From assembly GCF_001194135.2 (NCBI RefSeq), contig NC_068984.1:37822965-37886964 (forward strand): 64,000 bases of DNA. The letters run 5' to 3'. Shown piece after piece: positions 12,972 through 25,041 of the stretch (position 1 is the first letter of the stretch; every line of letters starts with the position of its first letter). This DNA comes from Octopus bimaculoides. Lineage: Eukaryota. The position numbers and the translations under genes are program-made. The notes below the pieces were generated by a model, which worked only from the letters and a program-made list of their open reading frames with translations, had not been told where the DNA came from and ran no database searches.

Positions 12972-13559
12972 TTATAAATCTAATATTCCCCTATCCTTCC
13001 TTAATACCAGTTCCCATATGCTATTCATATCTGCACTCGGTCTGCTTAGGAGGTTGTTGTGCCCTTGCATATGTGCTGCTTTTTTTAGTTTTCGCATTTT
13101 CCAGTGGTGTTCTCTGTCTATTATTTTAACTTCATCCCACAAGGGGAGGTGGTCTCCATTTTTCCATACATGATCAGCTGTACCCGATTTATCAATATCT
13201 CCTTGTGTCATAACTTTGCGATGTTCCTCTACCCTTATTTTGAGGGAGCGACATGTTTCGCCTTTGTATAACCTACCACAGCTGCATGGGATGGAGTACT
13301 CGCAGTTTTTGGTCATATTCTCTTCTATTGGTGGTTTTACCCGAAGGAGATATTTGCGAAGTGTTGTATTACTCTTGAATACTGTCCTGATGTCATATGG
13401 GCCACATATCTTTTGTATCTTTTCGAAGAGGCCTGTCACATTGGGTAGACAGACTGTGGACAGTTTATTGGTTTCATCCCCTCTTTTCTTCATAATTGGA
13501 GTAGATAGCATGTTTTTGGGGTAGTTGTTGCTTAATAGATTGTTACTGAGCTTGATCAT
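12972..13559 (-). pseudogene. Penelope GIY-YIG endonuclease region
   Basis: CEYSIPCSCGRLYKGETCRSLKIRVEEH...SGTADHVWKNGDH...VKIIDRE..WKMRKLK matches the PLE GIY-YIG pattern (V-Y-x-I-P-C-x-C...Y-I-G-E-T...R..EH). Confidence 0.88.
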
Positions 13560-13705
13560 TTCTACGTGGTGTGTATCACAATCGCTACTTATATTCTTTG
13601 CTCGATGTTTTTGGCACTGAGCAATCCCTCTCTTTACATTGTATGGATGGTGGGAATTGAAGTTGAGGTATCATCCAATGAAGGTCGGCTTGTGGTGTAC
13701 TGATG

Positions 13706-14141
13706 TCCTTCTAAAGGCAAATTCACTACAGTTACCACGGATAAAAAAAATCTATGATTCTGTTATTTTTATTCGACCAGGAGGCCCACTAGCGTAACTC
13801 AGTCACTGATGCTGGACTGTTTTTTAGTGGAGAAAGAATTCTCTGATGTTGCTATCTTCAATGTGACCAGGCAGTTTACAAGCGCAACTCTATCGCTGAT
13901 GTTGATTGTCTTTTAGCTAAAGCTACGATTTTGAATTTGTTCAGGGTTATCTCTCTTCGGTATTTTCCATTGAGGAAGGCTACAGAGCCAGAAACGCATG
14001 TATGGAAATCCGCTATAAAGAAGCACTGGGCAGATATGGTGATTTTACACTTTTTACCATAAGAAAGAATTTTTTTATCCACAGTAACTACAGTGAATTT
14101 GCCTTTAGAAGTTAAAATATGTCACAAACATATTTTAACTC
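13706..14141. mobile_element. Short fold-back element with a hammerhead, probably a second PLE-family tail
   Basis: Inverted ends cttctaaaggcaaattcact(a/g)(c/t)agttac of about 40 bp, terminal hairpin agttaaaatatg-tcacaaa-catattttaact, internal hammerhead. Related copy at 50510-50700. Confidence 0.65.
13966..14006 (+). ncRNA. Minimal hammerhead-like motif (C3 to U variant)
   Basis: UCCA-UUGAGGA-A-GGCU(acag)AGCC-A-GAAAC-GCAU-GUA-UGGA: stems I, II and III all pair, GUA cleavage triplet, one core substitution. Confidence 0.6.
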
Positions 14142-14544
14142 ACCTAAAATTCATGTGTGTGGTGCGACAGGATGATAAGGTTAAAAACAGTTGTGAAAGA
14201 ATATAAAAAATTAAATAAAATGGAAGGAAGACCACCATCAAAGGAATCAATACCTGGACAATATGCCATTGAGAATCTCTGTAGCCTTCTTTCAACAAAA
14301 ACAAAAAGAATTAACATGATGAAATGGACTGGTGCACTGAGAACTGTTCCGGTTCTACAATGTTTTAAAACAACAAAACTGTTAATAAATTCTATGTACT
14401 AAAATGAAGACAGATATAACACTTAGCAATTATATAACTGAGGTTTGTTAGGAAAAGTAACGAAAATATTATACGTGCAGCTTGGAAGATTCAACGAGAG
14501 GGATGAAAGAAATTATTTTATATTTAATAGAACAATTATAAAAT

Positions 14545-14800
14545 TAATTGCAGCGTAGAAGGTGTTTATAAGCCATTTAAAAACACACAAAAACCGTTAG
14601 ATTCACTTCAACATTTAAATTTAATTTGTCGCAGTTTCAAAGCGGCGAAAATATTTTGACAAATTAGATTTAAATATTGAAGTGAATCTAACGGTTTTTG
14701 TGTGTGTTTTCAAATGGCTTATAAACACCTTCCACGCTGCAATTGTTTTTGCTTCAGCACACGATCTCAGATCAAGTCACTTGCTAGGCAAGTACATCTC
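14545..14800. mobile_element. Fold-back repeat, copy 2 (inverse orientation to 3969-4250)
   Basis: aattgcagcgtagaaggtg...caccttccacgctgcaatt hairpin of about 200 bp, plus extension cacgatctcagatcaagtcacttgctaggcaagtaca. Confidence 0.7.
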
Positions 14801-16774
14801 ATTATAAAATTGTAAAAACAAATGATTGAGCAGAATAGATAAAAAAGTATAATTAAACAAATTTAAACAAGTGATAGATGTATATCATTAAACGTCCCCT
14901 TGTTTTGATCACAATACACCACTGCCTTGATTACGTCTTCTCTTTACGTACCCTCTCTACGTACTGTATGGTTTGCTTAATGCTGTATGTCGCTTATTTA
15001 TTTTATTTATTTATTTATTTATTCATTTTCGTAATTGATTCCACCTCCTGCCTGATTAACACTTCATATGGTTTTTTATTTATTTATTTATTTATTCATT
15101 TTCCATAAACGTCTTCTGTAGATTTTATTGACCTTTCAAATGACATTTCAATCAGGCAATAGCTAGATTTCTCCTCACTTAAGATACGTTTATTTTCACG
15201 GGAAACCGGATCTTCCTTGCCAGAATGGTGTTCCTCTCAGAGAGATAAGTTACCTTTCATAAAAGATTGTCTCCTCACCAGAGGTAAATTCTTCTTTGCG
15301 TTTTTTATTACCTCTTGCAGTTGCTTCCTCCCGTTGCCTCTGTTTTCTATCCTCATTAGTGGATGAGGTGAAGCTGCCCTGAAGAGGAGCTTCCTAGGGA
15401 TTTAGTTCTCGTTATCGTTGTTATTGCTAATGGAGAATTCTCATATTCTCCACCAGTTGAAGTTTGGAGAAGTTATAGGGTTTTAGTTCCTGGCAAGGAG
15501 TACAAGCTGGGGGGGGGGGGGTTTACGATTTTAGGGTAAATATTCTAAACGAAAATTAATTTCTTCAGTTAACTTGAAGATCATTAATTATCGGAGCAAA
15601 ATTTTAGGCTTCTGAATGAGACAGTAGGTAACAGTTGTAGTAGTGATAATGATTTAAGCACAAGGCCAGCAATTTTGAGGAGAGGAGTAGTCGACTCCGA
15701 AAAAAATGAGAGATAAAGTTGACCTTTGTGGGATTTAAATTATGCATTTTACCTGAATCGCTAACGATTCTGAATAATTATAATAATCCTTTCTACTAAA
15801 GGTACAAAGCCTGCAATTTTGGGGGAGGGGACTACTCGATTACATCGTACCCAGTGTTTCACTGGTACTTAACATATCGACTCCGAAAGGATGAAAAGCA
15901 AAGTCGACCTCAGCAATTTGAACTCAGAACGTAGCGACGGGTGAAATACCTCTAAGCATTTTGTCCGGTGTGCTAACGATTCTGGCAGCTCGCCACCTTA
16001 GAAAAAGAATCTAATATTAACACCAAATGTAGGTATAAAGCCACATATTCTAACAAGAGGAATCAGTCGTTGAAATCCCTTCCTCATACCTGATAGGAAT
16101 TATTTTACCCAGTAGAGTGACATGTAAAGTCAACTTCGGAAGGATTTGGACTCAGAAACTTTAAAGGGCGTAACTAAACACTACTCAGCATTTTGTCTTA
16201 TGTCTACTGATTCTGCCATCTACCACTCTAACTAGAACATCAACAAAAAATTACTTCTCTTTCAAAACATACTTGAATGGAAAGTGCAAAAGTACGTGAT
16301 ATTACGTAGCACAGTCTGTGGTCTACCATATGACATAACTCAATAGATAAGACATGAGGAATTCCCATCGTAGGAGTAAATAGACTGAACGTGGCAAACA
16401 ACAACTGTGAAAAAAATGTGAGATGGTTAGTGCCATTGAAGAAATTTTTCAGCAAGAAAAATGGCTGAAATGTTTCAAGCTATCATGTTTCTTTGAGGAG
16501 ACAAACAAAATGGATATTTCTAAACTCCCCAGAGAATATACAGCAACATGAAGAGCGGTAAAAGTGCTTGGCGTTAGTTATAAGTACAATGAACCAAAGA
16601 GCTCTTGTATGTCTATGTGTATGTATTTATATATTATGTAAGCGCTTACTCTTGCACGCGTTCTCACACAAATGTAAAGTTCATAAAATAGGTGTGTGTG
16701 TGTGTGTGCGCGCGCGCGCGTATGTACGTGCGCGCTTGTGTGCTAATTTTAGGTTGTTATTATTGAAACGTGAA

Positions 16775-17092
16775 GGCGCGTGGCTTTGTGGTTAGGGCAT
16801 TCGACTCGCGATCGTAAAGTCATGAGTTCAATTCCCGGCGACGCGTTGTGTCCTTCAGCAAGACACTTTATTTCACGTTGCAAAAATGAGTAGTACCTGT
16901 ATTTCAAAGGGCCAGTATTGCCACATTCTGTGTCACGCTGAATCTCCCTGAGAACTACGTTAGGAGTACACGTGTCTGTAGATTGCTCAGTCACTTGCAC
17001 GTTAATTTCACGAGTGAGCTGTTCTGTTGATCGTATTAGCTGGGACCCTCGTCGTCGTAACCGACGGAGTGCTTCTATTAATGGAGTGCCAA
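16775..17092 (+). mobile_element. Family-B SINE
   Basis: ggcgcgtggctttgtggttagggc...gagttcaattccc head, with the same body and tail as 5812-6181. Confidence 0.85.
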
Positions 17093-17449
17093 CCATTATT
17101 GAAACATTTTAAGGATAACAATTCATTTACTGATGGCAAGACTTAATACTAACAGTAGAGTCAAATGTATAAAAATTCATTTTCAATTAGTTTCACTTGC
17201 GGCTTATTCCCTCATCAGACGCAAACATATGTATATGTACATATGTGTGTGTGTATTTCGCTTGTTTCGGTCATTTGACTGTGGTCATGCTGGCGCATTG
17301 TCTCGAAGATTTTTAGTTGAACATATCGACCTGCAGGACTTATTTTTAAAGCCTGGGTCTTATTCTATCGGTCTCTTGTGCTGAACCGCTAGATTACGAG
17401 GACGTAAACAAACCTGAATCAGTAGTCAAGCGATGATGAGGTACAAACA

Positions 17450-18060
17450 TGTATCACGGGGTTTAGTAGCTGTGTCACCGATGTCGTTGTTCCGTGGTTG
17501 AGTTATTGAATGAAAATAAGTTTCTTGACTGCATGAAGAAATAACTGAACAATACCCACGAACATTTAACTGAAATATTTATTGTCGCACATAAAGACAA
17601 TCTTAGTTGGTCATTTACAGTTAACAAAAGCAATAATTACAGATTGGGAGAGAGATACTGCTGAGATTACAGAACACTATTGGCACGACAGCATGCGGTT
17701 TGCCATACCTCTCTGAAATCAATTGCTCTATCTTCGTGGCGACGGAAGTCCTTGGTCATCTGCTCTAGGCCATCTGCGTGGAAAGAGAGAAGGCGCATAT
17801 CATTCAGCGGCTTTTCAACACACTGCCTCGCATGTGAATGAGCGTGTGAATGAGTCGGTCGCTCTCAATGCTCTAATAAGAGTTTAGGCGCCAAAACGGT
17901 TTGTTTTCACAGAGTACAAGAAGATTCCAGAAGATTAAATCACGCTAGAGGTTGACGCTGATTGGTGGCTTGATAGACCGATCACGTGAAACTATTGTGG
18001 TTTGGTCGATCGTGGTATCTGATCGCATAACTAGCGATTCGGTTTCGAATCACCGCCACA
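17450..18060 (-). mobile_element. Probable solo LTR
   Basis: Minus strand starts TGTGGCGG and ends GTGATACA, with an AATAAA about 130 nt before the end. It interrupts the acaaaca/cacac tail of another repeat. The TSD is imperfect (aaca vs caca). Confidence 0.5.
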
Positions 18061-18088
18061 CACACACATACACATATATACATAAATT

Positions 18089-18119
<31 letters not shown>

Positions 18120-18850
18120 GATGTAGTGCTTCTTGCAGGCATGAAGTGACGCAAACACACGCGCATGCACGCAACAAAATGCACGCATAACCCGACACAC
18201 ATCTTCACATTCACACACACATATACACACGTACATGCACACACTCGCACATATACCTCCAGCACACACTCATACAGACACGCACACAATTGCACACACA
18301 TGGGCACAAATACACACGCACGTAAGCACATACACACCTACACAAACCCCACNNNNNNNNNNTAAGCACATACACACCTACACAAACCCCACACACACGT
18401 ACACACAAATGAACCCACACATACCTCCCATACACACAGCACACACTCATACATACGCGCACACAATTATACATATATGTACAGACACACACACATACAC
18501 ACACAGAGTAACGTAGTTACTCCACAGACACAACCTCACGCGTACACACATACCCACACGTACACACATACATACATACATACACTGCAAACAAAACACA
18601 CACATACTACATATACATACATGCACACACACATACTTCAAACTACCATTACCTTTCTACTGACCATTCTACTACGCACATATGTAGGAAGAGACACAAC
18701 AGACAGCCACTCCTACCAAAATTCTTATAAATTCTTCCTATGACCTTACACGATACTAAGTCCAACCACACACATACATAAACAGCCACAACCACACACA
18801 CACACATACACGTGCTGTCATTACACACACAGACCTTGCGCGCACAAACA
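18058..18850. repeat. (CA)n/(TA)n compound microsatellite field with a small gap
   Basis: Direct reading; source of the HT/CV-rich ORFs. Confidence 0.9.
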
Positions 18851-18922
18851 TACCCACACATGCTTCCTTCTCTTGCACTCTCCTGTCTTGAAAGAACTTT
18901 TTCTTCACCCATTCCTTTCCGG

Positions 18923-20396
18923 TCATTTCAATATGTGACCGCGTGTGTATCGTTGGCGATTTTCTTTCTCCGTCTTCCCTTCTTTGGACTTGTAAAATGT
19001 CCGTGCGAACGTCGGGTTGCGTGTTCGAATCACAGGAGAGGTGAGGAAGAATGGCTCCTTTAGTACATCGCACGGTCAATACAAATAAAAATATGAAAAG
19101 AGGATAAATGAGTACAAGTGCCAGAAGGAAAAGAGAGACACAACCGGTAGAATGTTTATGAGAAGATTTTATTTAGATGTTAACATGTGTGTGCGACATA
19201 TAAACATAATAGTAGATAGGCCGTCATGTATACAAAGTCTATGTGTAAAAACATAGATGTATGCGTGTGCAATAAGTACAGAGCATAGAAAGAGTCTATA
19301 ATGACGTTAGAAGAATGTTCAGACACTAGGATGATAAATACCAGTTCGTAGTCAAGGTACACAGTAGTTGAGATGCTGTATCAAGAAGTTGAGGATGCAA
19401 TGCAGAGCCAGGGAGAGGCACATGTCATATAAGAAGCGAAGCTGTGGCTATAATGCTGCTGCCGGTCTCTTGTTGCAGGAGGTTGTCGCAGGTTGTATTT
19501 GCTGTTAACCATGGTGAAGTAATTCACAAGCAGTGTGGAGATAGAACCTGTGCGAGCGTTGCTGGTTGCTGTCGTTAAAAAGATGATGGTGGCGACAGAG
19601 ATGGAGGTCCTGAATGCTGCTGGACGAAGTGATGATGAGTCTCCAGGTGGCTGCTGTTGTGACGTTGCTGGAACTGGCTGTGTGCTCTGCGGTCAGTGGC
19701 TAGACCTCAGAAGGTCTGGAGCTGAAAGACATTCGAGACGGTGTGAAGGTAGCTTTTATAGCGTACTGTCCGTTCACCGGAAGTTTAGAAAAGACTGTCT
19801 CACGTGACCTTGCACTATACAAGCAGAAATCATCTTGTTATTCGTCTGATTTATAGCCATTTGAAGACAAATCTGAAGAGCGCTGAGATGGCTACTGCTT
19901 GAACCATTTGAGTGGGTTCAGATCTCAGATCTCTTCCTCATAGCATGAAACTTTACGTAATTTGTTACAAATAAAATAATGTATGTATCTATGTATGCAT
20001 GCAGTGGCGGATACAGGGGTGTTGCCCTAGTTGCTCGGGCAACACCCTTTCTAGCCGAGCCGACGCCAAAAAAATATCCGAACCAAGGTTTAAGAAGGAT
20101 TAAATTTTGAAAATACAAGCTTAAACTTTAATGATGGTTTTGTATGTAGTCATTAACTTGGATTATAAAGTGACCATAGGTAAATCAATACTCACCGCAC
20201 TGTTGCAAATATAACATTGTAATTTTATTTCCAGCAATTTCACAGTATTACAGTTTCATATGCATATGGTCTGCTACAACAAAGTTAGAATACATAAAAA
20301 TGTGTCCATTTGTTACGAATTGCGATTTCCACCTTATATAGTATTTTTTTCGAAACTTTTGGGCAACACCCCGAAAAAATCCTGGATCCCGCCCTG

Positions 20397-20429
<33 letters not shown>

Positions 20430-23400
20430 CGCGCGCGCGTTTGTGTGCTATGGAGTATGGGGTAGGGATAGAAAAATAAAGCGAGACAAAAGAAAAAGAC
20501 TGGTAGAAAATTAAGAATAAACATTTTTTAAAAAACAGTTAAAAACATATCCTGTTTTATGAAGCACGACAATAAATGTTATTAACAGCTAATTGTATGG
20601 TTTGGATGTGTTAATCTAATTTGCATTCGGTGGAGGGAACATGTATTTGTACATTTTTTCTTTTTTTCCTTTCTTAATTTCGTTTCGCTTTTTATTTTTT
20701 CAAATTTCCGACATCCCATTAGACTTGTTTCCATGCACCAAACTGACAGGGCGATTAAAATTAAAACACGTTTTTGTTCACACTGATGTAATACTGTTCC
20801 TTCTTTGTACAGCATGTTCCTCTCCTTTCGTTTCTTTCATTTTCTTCAATTTTTGTCACAGGTTTAAATTTCTTGTACAGTTTTTGTTGTTTAACAATAT
20901 TTTTTAGCGACTCAGCAAAATCTACCTAAAATAATAATAATAAAACAATATGTAATGTCTCTTCATACTTCGTTTGCTTTTTTAAGCGTTGACGTTTGCA
21001 GCCGGATTCCATTATTGAAAAAGGCTTACAAAAAAAAAAAAAAAAGCGTATATCTCATGATGATTTTTCTAACGTATTCTGAGAAACAAGACAAAGAAAA
21101 GATTGTGTGTGTGTGTGTGTGTGTTTTGTATATGCATTTCTAGTATTGTGAAGTAGATTTTCTTTAAAGCATGTTGAACACGTGGCTAAGTCATTTTAGC
21201 TGTCATTGTACAACGATTGTCCAAAATATTGAATGTTTTGAGTGTTCCATATCCATAAACAAACCTTAGTTTCATTCAGCATATGAAACCGTTAATCCAA
21301 ACACATCTTCTCTCTCTCTCTCTCTCCGTTTCTTTCCTCATTCATTTCTGTTAAAGATTTTTCCATTTTTCCTGAAAGTCAAACTAATACACCTTGTTTG
21401 TAGTTCCCTCTTTTGTTTTTCGTACAAATATATATTCTCGTATATTTATTGTATCTTCAACCTTACTTGGTTGGTCATCCGAATCCGAAGACATTGTTAA
21501 GCTCATCGGATTTACCTTCAAACCATTGTCTTGCCTATTGAATGAATGGACGTTTTTCTATTTTCTTTACTTGCTCCCACCCTCTCTCCCTACCTACCTG
21601 TTTTTTATGTATGTGTTTTAACCTGAATATCTGTATAAGAATGCTTTTTATTTATTTTAATTGCCATTGTCATTATTAATTTCTTTTCTAATATTACATC
21701 TTATTGTTACTGCAGATGTTTGGGAACGATGGATTTTCTGAATCCTTAACGCAGCAAACAAAATGCCTTGCGGTATTTAGTTGTTACCTCAACAAATTTT
21801 AAACTTCCGGATGAGCATGCATATCACGTTAGTACATAAATGTGTGTTTCATTACTGTTTATTTGTGTGTGCGTATGTGTATTCCATATGTATATGTGGA
21901 TGTGTGCCTGTTTTCAGTTCAGGAATTTCAAGTGGAGGATCTCTCAAATATTTTACAAATTTTCCCCGTACTTCTAATCGATTACATTTGGAGAATGTTA
22001 ATCATTTGACCTATTTCTTTCTATGAGAACCCCAACATTTCTAGTGTTTTTCTTTTAAGAATAGATCAGTTGTTACGTAACCCAATGCGCCTATAATGAT
22101 AGATACAGATGAAAATATATTGCCATGATATATGGGCTGTAAATCTTTCGTTAGTTTTACTTAAACGTTTTCCTTTTTCTACGTTCTTGACGAGACATTC
22201 ACATCCGCCGGGCAACCAATCTTTAAAACAATGCATTAGCTTTGTTCTCTGTTCCAGAACAATCTCGGGCATAATGTGCTTTCACGGGGTTGCTATTGCT
22301 ATTGGAGTGTTCCATCAGTATTCTATATTTTTTAAAGAGGTGGCTTTGGTATGGCCGTCAAGACAATCTTCCTTACGTAATGCATTGTAGACAGTTTTGG
22401 CGACTCTGTCAGATTTCAAGTTAAGGTAGTCTCTTGTGGACATTTTTGAACAGCAGATGATAATGTAAATGATATCTTCCACACTAGTATGGCACAATCG
22501 ACATTTTCTGTCACAATGCAGGATATAAGAGGCATCTTTATCTTTCTTGTTGATATGATATTTAGTAATTATTTCCTGTTCATGGATAACAAAGGTATAA
22601 CCTTCTAGGTGACATGTGATTTATTTACTGTAGATCCAAGAAAGACGATCATTCTTGTTAATTGTCAGTTATTGATATTCCATAGCTTGCAGGACATGTA
22701 CCCAGGCATAACTTTCTGCTGGTATGATTAGTATTTCGCTTCTGAGTCCCTGTTTAGATAGGTTAGCTCTGCTACTTTTATCAAACATGAAACAACTGTA
22801 CACTCAGCAGAGTACTAGTTCACAGGTTTTTTGTCTAATTCCATCATATTATTACTTTCAATGTTAAGTATTCATGTGATGTACTCGTTTCTTTCTTTAT
22901 TGTTCAGTAGCTATTGTCTAAGTGAGGTAGTAAATGCTGTTTCGACTGATCTTATCCTCTACCTCCATCTCTCCGTTTAACATTGATCCTGTCTCAGTCA
23001 CTGCTGATGTTGAAGTCACCGGTTGTTGTTAGTAACTTTCTTATTATGTATGTATAATAAAAATATATACATACATAGAAACATAAATATATACATACAC
23101 ACATACACTGACATATGTATGCACACACACACACGCAGCGCACACATACACACACGTGTGCATGCAAACATACGGGCTGCAGTGAATAAACTGTCGTCTA
23201 GATTACACAAAAATGAAAATAACATTGACATCTCATTTTAACAGATATATTTACCAAAATTACGTAAAAGTATCTTGAAATACTAAAGAGTAAATTTATT
23301 TTTAAAAATCACCATTGGCTTCAACCACAGCCTCCAAACGACTTCAGAATCTCCTACAACTCTACTGCACAGTTGTTTAAGTTGGTGAATGCTGCTTTAG

Positions 23401-24997
23401 ATGTACTGTGGCCTAGCGTGGCAGAACCATCAAAGTAACAGCTCTGTTCATAAGGCTGGAAAAGAAGATATTACTTCGCGAAAAAAGAACACCGTGTATT
23501 GAACATCTCGGAACCAAGTTGTAGTGTTTATGCCTTTTACTTGAGGTTTCAGATATGTACAAGTGGAATAAGTTATACAAAATATTTACAGATGAAGACC
23601 ATATTCATCTTCTGTGGAATCCAAGTCATAGTGGCTTAATGCCTACTTGTTGTTGCTTGACTCATGGTTGTGCATCTATCCAAGGTGAGATTAAGAGCTG
23701 AGGAAGTCACGTCTTGCTCGCTGTGAGCCGCTGTGAAAAAAGAGAGAGAGACAAGTCCTAGAATTCCAAAGTTACACGCTACTCCGCGTAACGTTGCCAT
23801 CACTAGTGATCACTCCAAACACCATGATGTTGACTGGATGTCTGCTTTGTTCCTTTCTGAAGGCCCAAAGACCACGCTCAGCTTCAAACCAAATTCGGCA
23901 GCTAGCTCTCCTAGAATCCCTAAGCGACGCTTTACTAATATCTCTGTACCCCCTTTGGTTCGAACCCTCTTTTCATCGGTGATCACTGATCCTACCCACC
24001 CAAGCACAGTTGCCGAATCGGTTTGGATTTCGATGGAGTGCAGCCCCCATTTCAGGGCCAAGTTCACCCGCTTCAGCACAGCGTCCAACTCAGCCACATT
24101 GGTGTGGTTGTAATCATCTACTTTTCGAAGCCAAGCCGCGCCCTCCACTTCGACGCCTCCGATTTCCAGTACAACCCCTGTCGCTATGCTGCTAGTATCG
24201 CACCATAGGGTCCCATTCTCCAATTTGGGCACGTACCAGTTTCCTCTTATTGGATCTTCTGCTCTTGTCCTCTCTAGGATCTCCCGCATCATCGCCACCG
24301 TCCCCTCTCCCACTTTGTCTCTCCAGTTCGCCCCGTCTGCTCGTCTCTTAGTGTAGCTGCACGCTGTTCGTAGCCACCCTGCGATTGGGTAGTGACCCAC
24401 TAGTCTCCCACACATCGAGAATAGTTCTCTCCTGCTGACGCTGGTACTCAGCTCCAGGATCTCATTACCCCTCCGAAACTTTATTGATGGCTGGATTCAT
24501 TCGCACAGTCCGTTAAAAGTCCAGTCTTGATATATTTAGGATGGCAAACCTTTAACGAATACCACTGAAAGTTTAAAACTCATTGGTTACCTTGTGCTTG
24601 GTTGAACTGGTTTACAAGTGCTGTTGCCCAGGAAATGGCACATTGCCGCATGTAGTCAGTTTGTGAAGCCAGTTTGAGCGTGGGTTAGTGGTTAGGGTAT
24701 TCAGTTCACGATCGTATGGTCGTGAGTTCGATTTCTAGTGACGCGTTATATCCTTGAGCAAGATTCTTTATTTCATGTTAGTCCAGTCCACTCGACTCGT
24801 AAAAGTGAGTTGTACCTGTAATTCAAAAGCCAGCCTTGTCACATTCTATCATGGTGAATCTCCCAGAGAACTACGTTAAGCGTACGCGTGTCTGTGAAAT
24901 GCTCAGTCACGTGAAAGTTAATTTCACAAGCAGGTTGTTCCGTTGATCGGATCAAATGGATCACAAGTCGTCGTAACCGACGGAGTGCTAGCTATAG

Positions 24998-25041
<44 letters not shown>

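Larger units (their letters stand above)
12751..13715 (-). mobile_element. 5'-truncated Penelope-like element (end of RT, GIY-YIG endonuclease, 3' tail)
   Basis: Decayed RT thumb (HKPTFIG*YLNFNSHHPYNVKRGI), then the ORF at 12972-13559, then a tail with a tRNA-like head and a hammerhead. Confidence 0.9.

Noticed and set aside
15375-15420. CTGAAGAGGAGC...GTTCTC hammerhead-like string (similar GAAACGTT string at about 2530-2575)
   Set aside because: The GAAA half or stem II is missing, so they are too degenerate to call.
21716-22025. Plus-strand exon-like segments (MFGNDGF...; EFQVEDL...)
   Set aside because: Short, no homology, no upstream start or promoter; expected by chance in AT-rich DNA.
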